Shown here: positions 51,039 to 62,145 of the stretch, piece after piece
How positions within the stretch are numbered: the first letter of the stretch is position 1
Layout: every line of letters starts with the position of its first letter
Origin: Candidatus Bathyarchaeum tardum
Lineage (GTDB): Archaea; Thermoproteota; Bathyarchaeia; Bathyarchaeales; Bathyarchaeaceae
Direction: 5' to 3'
Length of the DNA: 64,000 nt
Assembly (NCBI GenBank): GCA_024650005.2
Contig: CP122380.1
Span: 512,001-576,000, forward strand
Position numbers and translations under genes: made by a program
The notes under the pieces: model-generated
Told to the model about the DNA's origin: nothing
Database searches by the model: none
The model's input: only the letters and a program-made list of their open reading frames with translations

Positions 51039-53129
51039 ATGATAGATTCTTTTTTGTTATCGATCCTTTGGATATCCCTTGTTGGGTTGAATGGTCTCAT
51101 ATCCGTTAGATTGGCTTTAATGTACCGAAAAGATTACGATAAACGCAAATTAATGTTCATCATTGGTCTTATACTTACTTCACATGCTTACCTCGCTAGC
51201 CTACAAGGAATAAACAGTTCCCCGTTGATGAGGCGAGTTTTTGAATGGTGTTCTCTTCCACTTGTTTTTGCTTTTCTTTTCAGTGTCTTCAACGACCGAT
51301 TTAACCTTGATCTATCAAAATGTTACAAAATCTTTCTAGGACTTGTAACTGTGACAATAGGGCTTTTCTTTATACCTTTGCCTTTTCCTTCAATGATCAT
51401 CCTTTTTCCTGGGGTTATCTTTTCATTAATTTTGGCTTTCACTCAATATACAAAACAGTTTGACCTTTCTTCTGTTACTCTGATTCTTTCACTTCCAATT
51501 CACGGTGTATATTATATGGGAATGTATTTTGAACTGCCTGAATTGGCGATATTTTCTGCATTTATTGGAACGACTTTTGTTCTATTAGCTTTTGAAGTAG
51601 CAAAAACTCAAACAGGAATTACTTCATCTCCCCTTTTGTTGCAACAAAAATTAGAAACTGCACAAACCAATTTTTCAGTTCTGTTCAACTTGTTACCTGA
51701 CCCTGCAGTTATTATTGATCATCGAGGTAATTTTCTTGAAATTACAGATGCTGTAACAGATGCAACTGGGTTGTCTCGTGAAGAGTTTATTGGCACTAAT
51801 TTTGTTAATCTTCCGATAATATCCAAGAAAAGTAAAGCTCGAATGATTACAAACCTTGCTAAGCGGATGATAGGTTTAACTATTGAACCCTATGAAATTG
51901 AAATAAATCGAAAAGATGGAAAAAAACTGTTTTTTGAACTTAACGCCTCTAAAATTGAGTATGACGGCAAAGCTGGTAACTTGGTTTTGTTTCGTGATTT
52001 AACTGACAGATATAACTTGATCAATTCCCTTGCTGAACAAGAAGAAAGATTTAGTGACATCGCCAATAATACTGGGGATTGGATTTGGGAAGTTGATCAA
52101 AATGGAAAGTTTGTTTACACAAATTCATGTGTTGAAAAAATAATTGGGTACACCTCTGAAGAAATAATTGGGAAACGCTTTATAGATTTTCTTTTGCCCA
52201 ATTACCGTGAGTCATCAATCGCGTTTTTGAATGAGCCAATAAAGAAGAAGGAAAGTTTTGTTTTTGAAGCACGTTGTTTTCATAAATCTGGGCAGGTTGT
52301 TGTTTTGGACACTAGAGCTGTTTCTATTTTTGATGAGTCTGGAACTTTTGTGGGTTACCGTGGTGTAATCAGGGACGTAACTGAAAAAATTGAGATGCAA
52401 GAAAAACTGGTAAAGTCTGAACGGTTAGCTGCCGTGGGTGAGTTAGCTACAATGGTTGCTCATGATTTGCGAAATCCTTTACAGAGTATTGCTACTGCGA
52501 TGTACTGTTTAGAAAAAGTTATTCCAGAAGAAAAAAATGAAAAAGCAAAGAAACTTGTTGCAACTGTTAAAGATGCATTGAGCTATTCCGACAAAATTGT
52601 ACGGGAACTTTTTGCTTATTCCTCAAAAATTAATCTTGAATTTACCAAAACTAAACCCCGTGAATTAATTAGAAAAGCCCTTTTAACGATTAATATTCCT
52701 TCGAACGTTGAATTTGTTAATAGGACCCAAGATAAACCCGTTGTCTTTGTTGATGCTAACAAAATCCGAAGAATATGTGTAAATATCATTTCCAATGCCT
52801 TGGACGCTATGCCTGATGGCGGAACTCTAACTGTGTCATGCATAACAGTAAACGAAAACCTAGAACTCAGTTTTTCTGACACCGGAATAGGTATGACCCC
52901 TGAGCACATAAAAAAACTCATGAATCCCTTTTTTACCACAAAAGCAAAAGGCATGGGGCTGGGACTTGCAATATCCAAACGAATCGCCGAAGCCCATCAT
53001 GGCACAATAACCGTCATCAGCGAAATCGGTAAGGGAACAACTTTCACTCTAGTATTGCCCATTAAAAAACCACAAGTAACAACCCAGTCATCAAATGATA
53101 TCCAACAACTGCAACAATACTCAGGCTAA
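51039..53129 (+). CDS. Membrane-bound double-PAS sensor histidine kinase
   Basis: N-terminal TMs, two PAS domains, AHDLRNPL H-box, NALDAM, DTGIG, FFTTK, GMGLGL. Confidence 0.92.
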   Translation: MIDSFLLSILWISLVGLNGLISVRLALMYRKDYDKRKLMFIIGLILTSHAYLASLQGINSSPLMRRVFEWCSLPLVFAFLFSVFNDRFNLDLSKCYKIFLGLVTVTIGLFFIPLPFPSMIILFPGVIFSLILAFTQYTKQFDLSSVTLILSLPIHGVYYMGMYFELPELAIFSAFIGTTFVLLAFEVAKTQTGITSSPLLLQQKLETAQTNFSVLFNLLPDPAVIIDHRGNFLEITDAVTDATGLSREEFIGTNFVNLPIISKKSKARMITNLAKRMIGLTIEPYEIEINRKDGKKLFFELNASKIEYDGKAGNLVLFRDLTDRYNLINSLAEQEERFSDIANNTGDWIWEVDQNGKFVYTNSCVEKIIGYTSEEIIGKRFIDFLLPNYRESSIAFLNEPIKKKESFVFEARCFHKSGQVVVLDTRAVSIFDESGTFVGYRGVIRDVTEKIEMQEKLVKSERLAAVGELATMVAHDLRNPLQSIATAMYCLEKVIPEEKNEKAKKLVATVKDALSYSDKIVRELFAYSSKINLEFTKTKPRELIRKALLTINIPSNVEFVNRTQDKPVVFVDANKIRRICVNIISNALDAMPDGGTLTVSCITVNENLELSFSDTGIGMTPEHIKKLMNPFFTTKAKGMGLGLAISKRIAEAHHGTITVISEIGKGTTFTLVLPIKKPQVTTQSSNDIQQLQQYSG

Positions 53130-53175
53130 TTGGTTTCAGTAAACTGTTTTTATTGATAATGCTCTAATTTGTTTC

Positions 53176-53215
53176 TGTTCTATTAATAGAACAAAACTGT
53201 TCTATAATCAGAGCT
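53176..53215. promoter_or_regulatory. Candidate operator: perfect palindrome TGTTCTATTAATAGAACA plus degenerate second copy
   Basis: 18-bp palindrome 53176..53193 and TGTTCTATAATCAGAGCT 53198..53215 just upstream of 53254. Confidence 0.55.
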
Positions 53216-53253
53216 AATAATTACTTTCAGCCAAGAATATTTGGTGAAAAAAA

Positions 53254-54285
53254 ATGAAAATCGAAATAAAACTGGCAATGATCGGACTTCTATCACTACT
53301 TGTAGGATCCGCTTTTGCTTCGCCACTTCTAATGACCGAACTTGACCCAGAAAACATCAAACCTTACCTTAAACCTCCTTCTGATGTTTTTACCTCGAGT
53401 GTCACTGGCGAAGTGTTGTATGCTAATTTTAGCATCACACCCAATTCTGAAAAAGACTCAGTCTTTGACCTTTCATATTTTGTTGTTATTAATGTAACTA
53501 ACACTTCTGATGAGCCTACAAATGTTACTTTTGTTAGTTTTGATGCAGAGGTTCAGGATTACTCCTTGCGCAAAACTAACTCAGGGGGGTATTCAAAATC
53601 AGAGGCTGGCCGAGGATGGACTGCAAGAGAAGCATGGGTAGACGGCAAACACTACAATTTAACATGGGTTCCTAACAAAGAAGGCTTTGATTACCAAGGG
53701 GATCCAGAGCTTGAAGGCGAATGGATAGAAGGTGTGAACATCTACGAACATTACATCAACTACAAACTAGCATACACCCGCATCAATATGAACGGCACTT
53801 GGGTAGACGTAACTGGAAGGATTGACGTAGAACGTCCACTTTATTGGCCACCTACAGAACATGTGATGGATGCAACAATCATTTCACACATCAAAAGTCT
53901 TGTCCGTGAAACAACTTTTGATACTGAAGGTCTTGATACACCAATGATCCAACGACCTCCCAGCGGTACACCTGAAGAATTCAATGAAGTTTGGGGTCCT
54001 CATCAGTCACGACTAATTGTGATAAAAGCTGACCGCCCTGTTCCTAGCAAATACTTTGAGTCTGAAAAACTTGAAAAATTGAAGACAGAAGAAATCGTGT
54101 TAAAAACAATAATACAGAATAGTGTAACAGTTGATAATTGGACAGATTCTGCGGTCTCTAACGACTACATACAAGTTTTCTTTGAAGTGACTGATAACGG
54201 ATATCAATACAGTGTCTTGCCTGAGGATACAGTGTTTACATTGGACGTTTTTGGTGTTGAAGCATTCATTGATTCGAGGGACTGA
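53254..54285 (+). CDS. Secreted/membrane-anchored hypothetical glycoprotein
   Basis: Signal LAMIGLLSLLVGSAFASP, several NxS/T sites. Confidence 0.65.
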   Translation: MKIEIKLAMIGLLSLLVGSAFASPLLMTELDPENIKPYLKPPSDVFTSSVTGEVLYANFSITPNSEKDSVFDLSYFVVINVTNTSDEPTNVTFVSFDAEVQDYSLRKTNSGGYSKSEAGRGWTAREAWVDGKHYNLTWVPNKEGFDYQGDPELEGEWIEGVNIYEHYINYKLAYTRINMNGTWVDVTGRIDVERPLYWPPTEHVMDATIISHIKSLVRETTFDTEGLDTPMIQRPPSGTPEEFNEVWGPHQSRLIVIKADRPVPSKYFESEKLEKLKTEEIVLKTIIQNSVTVDNWTDSAVSNDYIQVFFEVTDNGYQYSVLPEDTVFTLDVFGVEAFIDSRD

Positions 54286-54287
54286 TA

Positions 54288-54749
54288 ATGGCTTCGATTG
54301 ATTCTCCAGAACCTGAAGGCACGACCTTGAATGTGTACTCTTACGTGGTAAAACAGGGGAAACCCGTTGGTCCACGGGAAGTTATGCGGGGCTCAAATCT
54401 GAGTAGCCCAAGCGTAGCCTATTGGCATCTGCAAAAACTGGAAAACGCTGGTTTACTACAAAAAAACACGGCTGGAGAATACATTGTCAAAGAAAAAACA
54501 AGCATCAGCGGGCACATCTGGATTGGACGAAACTTAGTCCCACGCCTGATGTGTTATTCCCTATTTTTTCTTGGAATCTTGCTTGTAGAAACTTTAATCG
54601 TTTCTGTTCAATTTTATTCTAGTGGAGAAATCCCAAACCTCGCTCTTCTATATCTAATTGCAACAAACGCAATAGCTTTCGCGCTATTCCTTGGTGAAGG
54701 CTTACTGTTGCGCAAAAAAGGTCAACCAGATAAAACCAAAGACTATTAA
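54288..54749 (+). CDS. Membrane-tethered winged-helix regulator
   Basis: GPREVMRGSNLSSPSVAYWHLQKLENAGL wHTH plus two C-terminal TMs. Confidence 0.75.
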   Translation: MASIDSPEPEGTTLNVYSYVVKQGKPVGPREVMRGSNLSSPSVAYWHLQKLENAGLLQKNTAGEYIVKEKTSISGHIWIGRNLVPRLMCYSLFFLGILLVETLIVSVQFYSSGEIPNLALLYLIATNAIAFALFLGEGLLLRKKGQPDKTKDY

Positions 54750-55049
54750 ACAAAAATTTTCATTTTTGTTGTATCACTTCTTTGTCTTGTTGAAGTGTTC
54801 TTTTTGGTGTGTTTAATGTGCCAAAAACCAAAGCAACAACTAATAGTTACATTGGCAAAAATCGCATTTTTCTTGTTTATTAACAAAATTGTGGACTATT
54901 TGCCATTTATGGAAAATTATCAATTGATATCAATATTGTTCGTTTTCAGCAATTAATTATGTAACTTTTAATCAAAAACTTCAATTCACAAGCAGATAAC
55001 TTATTCAGTTTGTAGGGATAACTAAATAAAAACGCATGTCTAACTTTAC

Positions 55050-57218
55050 ATGAGGAAAAATATCTTGTCGTTTTTCTTGGGTAAACAGAAACTAACCGAA
55101 GCAACCGTCGAATTACCTGCAGAAGCTCTTCATCGCCATTTAATGGCAATTGGAGCTAGCGGCTCAGGAAAAACGGTACTCTGCAAATGTTTAATGGAAG
55201 AAGCCATCCGCCATGATATTCCTGCAATAATTGTTGACCCCCAAGGAGACATTTCATCGTTAGCCTTGAAAGGGAACTCCGAAGAACTGGAAATTCATGG
55301 AGTACCCCTAACCATGCAGGACGAATATTTTGAAAAAGCCCGAGTCGCAATTTTTACTCCTGCTAGCAGTAAAGGAATCCCCATTAGTGTTAATCCCCTT
55401 TCTTTTCCGTCTGAGGATACTCCTCATGAAGAAGCCATTTTGGCTCTTGACATGACGGCGACTTCTCTTTCTAGTTTTCTTGGGTATGATTTATTTTCAG
55501 ATGCAGGAAAAGGCGCTAAAGCTTTCCTGTTTACCTTGTTGCATCATCTGTGGCAAAAGGGCGAAAACGTAAGGGACATGGAACACATGGCTCAACTAGT
55601 AACAACCCCTCCTGAAGCCATCGTTGAAGTGCTGAAAACTTTTGTAACAAAAAAAGAACCTCAAGAAATTGCCCGTAAACTGCGGTTTCTTACTGTGGGA
55701 ACTCCTTCATTGATGTTTCAAAAGGGGGTTCAAATCGACATGGACATGTTCATGGACAAAAGGGACGGCAAGGTTCCTTTGAACATTATTTACATGAACA
55801 CCCTTAGTTCTACAAACGACAAACAGTTCTTCTTGGCTACTTTGCTCAAAGAACTGTATTGCTGGATGCTCAAAAACCCCTCAGAAGATATTCAACTACT
55901 GTTTTACGTGGACGAAATTGCCCCATATATTCCACCGTATCCTCGTAACCCTCCCCCTAAGGAAGCGTATGCATTTCTGTTCAAGCAAGCCCGTAAATAT
56001 GGAGTCGGACTTGTAGCTGCGACACAAAACATTACGGACATTGACTACAAAGCCCTCGCCCAAGTCAACACTTGGTGCCTTGGTCGGTTGATGACCCAAC
56101 AAGACATTTCACGGGTTAAACAGATTATTCAGTCAGTAGACCCTACCCACGCTGAAACCGTTTTACAAAAACTTCCAAGCCTAAAAACAGGGGAATTCCT
56201 GATGCTTTCACCTGATGTTTACGACGACGTGATTAACTTTCAGGTTCGATGGCTTGTAACAGACCACCTGACCTTAGATTCCGACGATATTCCAGCAGCC
56301 ATATCCCCTGAGACAAAAGAATTTTTTGCCCAGTTCTTGAAAAAACCTGAAACAAAACAAATTACACGTAAAACGAAAGCTGAAATTGTTACTGAACCTG
56401 CAGTTAAACCTGCTCCAAAAACTCTTGCTGAACGTATACAGTTAACACTTAATTCTGTGCGCCAAAGTGTTTCTGCTGATTACCTTGCAGAAAATCTGGA
56501 TGCGTTTGTCAAAGATGTTGAAACAGCACTGAATGGTTTGATAAAATCAAAAATTGTGAAAAAAAGTAAAAGTAAAGATGATGACGAGTACCTTTACTGG
56601 TTGTCCAAGTTTGGGTTTGAACCTGCAAAGAACGTGTTGGGAGAAGTTTTAGCCATTCCCGTAAGGATAACCCAAGTGGAAGCGTTCAAACGAGCAAAAT
56701 CGTGGCTTGAGGGCGGTTTATTGTTTAAAAAAGAGGAATTTTATGATGCGACCTTTTCTCATATGCCGATTTGGAAAGTTTCTGGAACCCGTAAAACTAA
56801 ACGTTTGTTCTTTTTCAGAGCTGAAGAAGTTGACACTTTTTACTTGAGTGCAACAACAGGTGCCTTGATTTCTTTGGAAAAAGATGAAATGATATTTCAT
56901 CGGTTAATGAAAAAAAAGGCTTCAAAAATCAAAAACTTCGACGACGACAACGATATCGTTTTTATTCCTCGGCTTCCTAAAGAAGTTCCCCGAATTCCCA
57001 GAGTCAAAATTGGAACCAAAAAAATTTACTCCACTTTGCGGTTAACGTTTGGGGTCAAAGCAGTATTTTCTGAACTTGTTTTGTTGCCTGTTTGGACCCT
57101 TAAAGTAAGGCACAAGAAAAGCAAGAAAAAACGAACCATATACATGGATGCAGCCACTGGGCGACAGATTGTTGGATATTTTAAATCCCCACGAAAAACT
57201 TCTGCCCGAAAGCAGTAA
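55050..57218 (+). CDS. HerA/FtsK-like ATPase (DUF87/DUF853) with C-terminal extension
   Basis: RHLMAIGASGSGKT, IVDPQGD, YVDEI, KQARKYGVGLVAATQN. Confidence 0.85.
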   Translation: MRKNILSFFLGKQKLTEATVELPAEALHRHLMAIGASGSGKTVLCKCLMEEAIRHDIPAIIVDPQGDISSLALKGNSEELEIHGVPLTMQDEYFEKARVAIFTPASSKGIPISVNPLSFPSEDTPHEEAILALDMTATSLSSFLGYDLFSDAGKGAKAFLFTLLHHLWQKGENVRDMEHMAQLVTTPPEAIVEVLKTFVTKKEPQEIARKLRFLTVGTPSLMFQKGVQIDMDMFMDKRDGKVPLNIIYMNTLSSTNDKQFFLATLLKELYCWMLKNPSEDIQLLFYVDEIAPYIPPYPRNPPPKEAYAFLFKQARKYGVGLVAATQNITDIDYKALAQVNTWCLGRLMTQQDISRVKQIIQSVDPTHAETVLQKLPSLKTGEFLMLSPDVYDDVINFQVRWLVTDHLTLDSDDIPAAISPETKEFFAQFLKKPETKQITRKTKAEIVTEPAVKPAPKTLAERIQLTLNSVRQSVSADYLAENLDAFVKDVETALNGLIKSKIVKKSKSKDDDEYLYWLSKFGFEPAKNVLGEVLAIPVRITQVEAFKRAKSWLEGGLLFKKEEFYDATFSHMPIWKVSGTRKTKRLFFFRAEEVDTFYLSATTGALISLEKDEMIFHRLMKKKASKIKNFDDDNDIVFIPRLPKEVPRIPRVKIGTKKIYSTLRLTFGVKAVFSELVLLPVWTLKVRHKKSKKKRTIYMDAATGRQIVGYFKSPRKTSARKQ

Positions 57219-57265
57219 ATTAACAAACAATTTAAAATGTGTTGCTTTGATAGAACCTGAAGGAA

Positions 57266-57442
57266 ATGGTAACATTGAATGCGGAAGATGAATTAATCTC
57301 TAAGCTTAAAGCCGAAATTGGAAAAAGCCTGCCTGCTATGTTTGCTGGAATGGCAGAAAACATGCTGGAAAATAACAAAGACGTGATCATAACTTGGCTA
57401 AAAGACAACAAACATTTAGTAAAAGAAGTCATTGAAAGTTAA
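57266..57442 (+). CDS. Small hypothetical protein (58 aa; not in ORF track)
   Basis: GAAGGA SD, MVTLNAEDELISKLKAEIGKSLPAMFAGMAENMLENNKDVIITWLKDNKHLVKEVIES amphipathic helices. Confidence 0.55.
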   Translation: MVTLNAEDELISKLKAEIGKSLPAMFAGMAENMLENNKDVIITWLKDNKHLVKEVIES

Positions 57443-57590
57443 ATCAGTGCTGCATTTTTTCTTTTGGCACATATTTTTTTCAAAAATTATGTCTGAAAAT
57501 TTTTTGTGCAACGTAGATTTTGTTTTGCCAATTAAACTCTAATATACTAGTTTTGCAACAACATGGAGTTCAACATTAGGAGACAAAAAA

Positions 57591-57845
57591 GTGAATGAAG
57601 CAATAATGCAATTTGTTGAAAAATATACCAAAAACCAACTCATAGGTTACTTCTTGATGATGTGGGGCTTGACCTTTTTCTTCAGCTCAATTAGTGGATT
57701 CATGTGGCTTATTGGAGGTTACAGTTCTGGACTTGATTTGCTAATTGATATCTTTTGGAACTTGGCAGATCTAGGCTGTGCAACTGTTCTTGGATTGCTT
57801 GGACTAAAAATTCTAGAAAAACCAGAAAACAATCCAGAAAAATAA
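57591..57845 (+). CDS. Small two-TM membrane protein
   Basis: AGGAGA SD, two hydrophobic helices. Confidence 0.55.
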   Translation: MNEAIMQFVEKYTKNQLIGYFLMMWGLTFFFSSISGFMWLIGGYSSGLDLLIDIFWNLADLGCATVLGLLGLKILEKPENNPEK

Positions 57846-58274
57846 ACACTTTTTTCGTTTAGTTTCTTTTTTTATTTGTTACAACCTGTTAACGGACTTT
57901 TCTTGTTAACCTGTTAATGTTCATAGCATTTTTGTTTCTTTAGGGCATTACTTTATTCTTTTAATGAGAGGGTCCATTTCTGATTTTTAGTTCTTTGCCG
58001 ATTCTTTTTACTTCTTGAATAGAAAAATAGTCTAGAATCTTCATACAAATTTTTTGACAATACTTGTATGGTGTGCAATTAAGAATTCTTTTCTAACGAA
58101 TAGATCCTTATATGCTTCTTTTAGGTTGATATTTATTAAATCTGTTGTAGATTCTTACATAGTAAGGTTAATAGGATACCTTTCAGTCTAGGATGCTAGT
58201 TCACATTACCAAAAATGCAATTAAACCTTTGTAATGTAACGCAAAAGTTCGTAAGAGTTAGGAGATAACAAACA

Positions 58275-58541
58275 ATGGGTAAGATAATTATTGTTTACAA
58301 AATTTTTCCAACTGAATCAACAGTTGACCTTCAAGTGTTGAAAGAAAAAATTCAAGAAAAACTAGCTGATATTGCTTCAATCAAAAAATTCGCTGAAGAA
58401 CCCATCGCTTTTGGTCTTTGTGCCCTAAAAGTAAACATGGTTCTACCAGAAAAAGAAGGAATCGCAGACGAAACAGAAAAACGAATGGCAACCATTGAAG
58501 GTGTCGGTCAAATCCAGACTTTAGGATTAACTAGATTATAA
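58275..58541 (+). CDS. ef1b: Translation elongation factor EF-1 beta
   Basis: KIFP..VDL, EEPIAFGLCAL, IEGV. Confidence 0.9.
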   Translation: MGKIIIVYKIFPTESTVDLQVLKEKIQEKLADIASIKKFAEEPIAFGLCALKVNMVLPEKEGIADETEKRMATIEGVGQIQTLGLTRL

Positions 58542-58621
58542 TTTCTCAAACTTTATATATTCAGGGCTTCTTCGAAAAATGTGAAGCCTTATAATTACTT
58601 AAATGAAGGAAGGAAAACTAC

Positions 58622-60793
58622 GTGAGCGAAATACAACTAAGAGTAGAAGACGCAAAACAACGAGACGTTTATCGAGGAATCGCCCGAATCGATCAACAGA
58701 CAATGCAAAAATTAGGCATTTCAGCGGGCGACGTTATAGAAATTATCGGAAAAAGAAACACTGCAGCTATAGCTTGGCCAGCGTATTCTGAAGACCAAAA
58801 CAGAGATATAATTCGTATCGACGGATTCACCCGAAAAAACGCTGGGGTGGCAATGCACGAAGTAGTTGTAATTCGCCCCGCAAAAGTAACAAATGCTGCA
58901 ACTGTGGTTTTGGCTCCAATAGACATGAAACTGAACGTAGATGAAGACTTCACAAGCTTTGTAAAAAACAGGCTCATGGAAAGAACGTTCGTAGAAGGCG
59001 ACACCACCCTAGTAATGATGTTAGGCCATGCAATTCCTTTCCGGGTGACTAAATCTCGTCCACATGGAATTGTTCGAATCGGTCACAGTACAACCGTGCA
59101 AATCATGGCTGAGCCCGCACCCGAAAGTGAAGGTTTGCCTCGAACAACTTACGAAGACATTGGTGGATTACATGAAGAAATTCAACGAATCCGAGAAATG
59201 GTTGAACTGCCCTTAAGGCATCCTGAACTGTTTCAACGCCTTGGAATAGAACCACCAAAAGGGGTACTGTTGCATGGTCCACCTGGATGTGGAAAAACCT
59301 TACTAGCTCGTGCAGTAGCAAACGAGTCCGAGGCAAACTTTTACTCAATAAATGGTCCAGAAATCATGAGCAAATTCTACGGAGAATCTGAAGCCCGACT
59401 CCGAGAAATGTTCCAGCAAGCACAAAAAAATGCTCCTAGCATAATTTTTGTTGATGAACTTGATGCAATCGCACCTAAACGTGAAGAAGTAACTGGAGAA
59501 GTAGAACGCCGAGTTGTTGCACAACTTCTTGCTTTGATGGATGGACTTTCTGGAAGAGGCTACTTGATTGTTATTGGTGCAACTAACCGACCTGAAGCCC
59601 TTGATCCTGCTTTGAGGCGACCTGGACGCTTTGATCGAGAAGTCGAAATTGGTGTACCTGACCAAAAAGGGCGCTATGAAGTGATGCAAATTCACACTCG
59701 AGGTATGCCCCTTACAGCTGACGTGGATTTAGACAAACTTGCCAAAATGTCCCATGGTTACACTGGTGCAGACCTTTCAGCCTTAAGTCGCGAAACAGCA
59801 ATGAAGGCGTTACGCAGGTATTTGCCTGAAATAAATTTGGATGAAGAACGGATTCCTCCAAGTGTTTTAGAAAAAATGGAAGTTCGCATGGAAGACTTCT
59901 TGAATGCATTTCGAGAAATCACGCCAACTGCACTGCGTGAAGTTCACATTGAAATTCCAGAAGTTCACTGGTCCCAAATTGGTGGCTTAGGTGAACTAAA
60001 ACAGGAACTCATAGAAGCCGTTGAGTGGCCCCTTAAAAACCCCGAAGTTTTCACTAGGCTGGGTATTAACCCTCCAAAAGGCATCATGCTTTATGGTCCT
60101 CCGGGATGTGGAAAAACTTTACTTGCAAGGGCAGTTGCCACAGAAAGCGAAGCAAACTTCATAACTATAAAAGGTCCAGAAGTATTTTCCAAATGGGTCG
60201 GAGAATCAGAAAAAGCTATCCGCGAAGTTTTCCGAAAAGCACGTATGGCTTCACCTACTGTAATCTTCTTTGACGAGTTTGATTCTTTGGTTCCTGGTCG
60301 TGGAATGGGTTACGCTGACAGTGGAGTTACTGAACGGGTTATCAGTCAACTATTAACGGAAATGGATGGTCTTGTTACTTTGGAAGATGTAGTAATTATT
60401 GCTGCAACAAACAGGCCCGACATTATTGATCCTGCAATTCTTCGTCCCGGACGGTTTGACCGTTTGATTTATGTTCCTGAACCCGATAACGACAGTCGAA
60501 TGGAAATCTTCAAAATCTACACAAAAAAGATGCCTTTGGCGGAAGATGTGGATTTAACTCAGTTAGTTACTTTAACAAAGAAGTATTCCGGTGCAGATAT
60601 CGAAGCTCTTTGTCGTGAAGCTGGACTTCATGCATTGCGCAAGGATATAAATGCACAGAAGGTTACTGCTGATGATTTCAGGAAGGCTATTGAAAAAACT
60701 GGTCCATCTATCATGCCAAACATGGAGAATTGGTACCGGAATTTCATGAAGAACGCTCGACAATTGAAGAAATCCACAACACCAGTTGCGTAA
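58622..60793 (+). CDS. cdc48: CDC48/VCP-family AAA+ ATPase
   Basis: N-domain plus two [11 protein letters not shown] modules, RPGRFDR. Confidence 0.95.
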   Translation: MSEIQLRVEDAKQRDVYRGIARIDQQTMQKLGISAGDVIEIIGKRNTAAIAWPAYSEDQNRDIIRIDGFTRKNAGVAMHEVVVIRPAKVTNAATVVLAPIDMKLNVDEDFTSFVKNRLMERTFVEGDTTLVMMLGHAIPFRVTKSRPHGIVRIGHSTTVQIMAEPAPESEGLPRTTYEDIGGLHEEIQRIREMVELPLRHPELFQRLGIEPPKGVLLHGPPGCGKTLLARAVANESEANFYSINGPEIMSKFYGESEARLREMFQQAQKNAPSIIFVDELDAIAPKREEVTGEVERRVVAQLLALMDGLSGRGYLIVIGATNRPEALDPALRRPGRFDREVEIGVPDQKGRYEVMQIHTRGMPLTADVDLDKLAKMSHGYTGADLSALSRETAMKALRRYLPEINLDEERIPPSVLEKMEVRMEDFLNAFREITPTALREVHIEIPEVHWSQIGGLGELKQELIEAVEWPLKNPEVFTRLGINPPKGIMLYGPPGCGKTLLARAVATESEANFITIKGPEVFSKWVGESEKAIREVFRKARMASPTVIFFDEFDSLVPGRGMGYADSGVTERVISQLLTEMDGLVTLEDVVIIAATNRPDIIDPAILRPGRFDRLIYVPEPDNDSRMEIFKIYTKKMPLAEDVDLTQLVTLTKKYSGADIEALCREAGLHALRKDINAQKVTADDFRKAIEKTGPSIMPNMENWYRNFMKNARQLKKSTTPVA

Positions 60794-60819
60794 TTACAAT
60801 AATGGAAGTGAAATAGTAA

Positions 60820-61056
60820 ATGATGAAAACTTGGGTGTCTCATCCCATAAAAACGCAGATTCGGGAATTACTGGAACGGAAAGGACCAATGACCGACATT
60901 GAACTCTTTGATTTAGTAAAGGGAACTCATGACGGTGTAGGATTCAGTGAATTGAACAAGAATCTGTTGCGTATGGAAATTGAAGGCACCATCTATGTTT
61001 CGGCTCGTACAAAAGGTAAGCGCCGAGTAGAATTAGTTGAAAAAAAGAGTAGCTAG
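60820..61056 (+). CDS. Small winged-helix protein
   Basis: LLERKGPMTDIELFD..ELNKNLLRMEIEGTIYV. Confidence 0.6.
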   Translation: MMKTWVSHPIKTQIRELLERKGPMTDIELFDLVKGTHDGVGFSELNKNLLRMEIEGTIYVSARTKGKRRVELVEKKSS

Positions 61057-61113
61057 ATTTCCTCAAATAGTTTTTGAGGACGTTCACGTATACTTTTTTG
61101 GTGGCATTCAGCT

Positions 61114-62145
61114 TTGGGTGTAAATTTAAGAGTATTGATTCCAAAAACGGAAATCGATTTTAATGTTCTAAGTGGAAAGATTGTCGCTATTGATGCTTAT
61201 AACAGTCTTTATCAGTTTTTGTCCAGTATTCGTCAACCTGATGGCACTCCTTTGAAAGACCGCTCTGGCATGATAACTAGTCATTTAATTGGGTTATTGT
61301 ACCGAACAGCCAACTTGGTAGAGAAGGGAGTCAAAGTTGTTTACGTTTTTGATGGTGAATCACCCGAGTTAAAAGAGGCTGAAGTTAAACGCCGCACACA
61401 GGTCAAAGCAGAAGCCTTGGTGAAGTATGAGCAAGCCCTAAAAGAAGGTGATATGACGATGGCTCGGCGTTATGCTCAGATGACTTCTAAAATGAAAAGT
61501 TACATGCCTGACGACTCAAAACGGCTCCTAACTGAATTGGGCATCCCCTGGATTCAAGCTCCCTCTGAAGGAGAAGCTCAAGCAGCTTACATGACAATAA
61601 AGGGCACCGCAGATTACTGTGGCAGTCAAGACTTTGACAGTCTGCTTTTTGGTGCAACTCGTCTTGTGCGAAATGTAACGGTAAGCGGTAGGCGCAGGAT
61701 TCCAAAAAGGAACACTTACGTTGATGTGTTTCCTGAAGTAATGAAACTTGATTTAGTTCTTAAAGAGTTAGAAATTACCCGTAAACAGCTCATTGACCTT
61801 GCGATTTTGGTGGGGACTGATTTTAATCCTGGAGTTAAGGGTGTTGGACCAAAGACTGCTTTGAAACTAATCAAAAAGTATGGATGTATTGAAGAAGTTA
61901 TTCCTAACTTGGAGAATGCAGACTGTATTGGTGATTACAAAGGAATTCGGGATGTCTTTTTGAATCCTAAAATTACTGATGACTATAAGCTGGAATGGAA
62001 TTCGCCAAATGCTAAAGGTGTAGTTGATTTTCTGTGTCGGGAGCGGGACTTTTCAGAGGACAGGGTTCGTAGTGCTGTTAACAAAATGACTGTAAGCCTT
62101 AAAGAGTCTAAAAGTAAGACCACCCTTGAGTCATGGTTCGGTTAA
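61114..62145 (+). CDS. fen: Flap endonuclease 1
   Basis: MGV start, AIDAYN, APSEGEAQAA, SQDFDSLLFG, GTDFN, C-terminal PIP-like TTLESWF. Confidence 0.96.
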   Translation: MGVNLRVLIPKTEIDFNVLSGKIVAIDAYNSLYQFLSSIRQPDGTPLKDRSGMITSHLIGLLYRTANLVEKGVKVVYVFDGESPELKEAEVKRRTQVKAEALVKYEQALKEGDMTMARRYAQMTSKMKSYMPDDSKRLLTELGIPWIQAPSEGEAQAAYMTIKGTADYCGSQDFDSLLFGATRLVRNVTVSGRRRIPKRNTYVDVFPEVMKLDLVLKELEITRKQLIDLAILVGTDFNPGVKGVGPKTALKLIKKYGCIEEVIPNLENADCIGDYKGIRDVFLNPKITDDYKLEWNSPNAKGVVDFLCRERDFSEDRVRSAVNKMTVSLKESKSKTTLESWFG

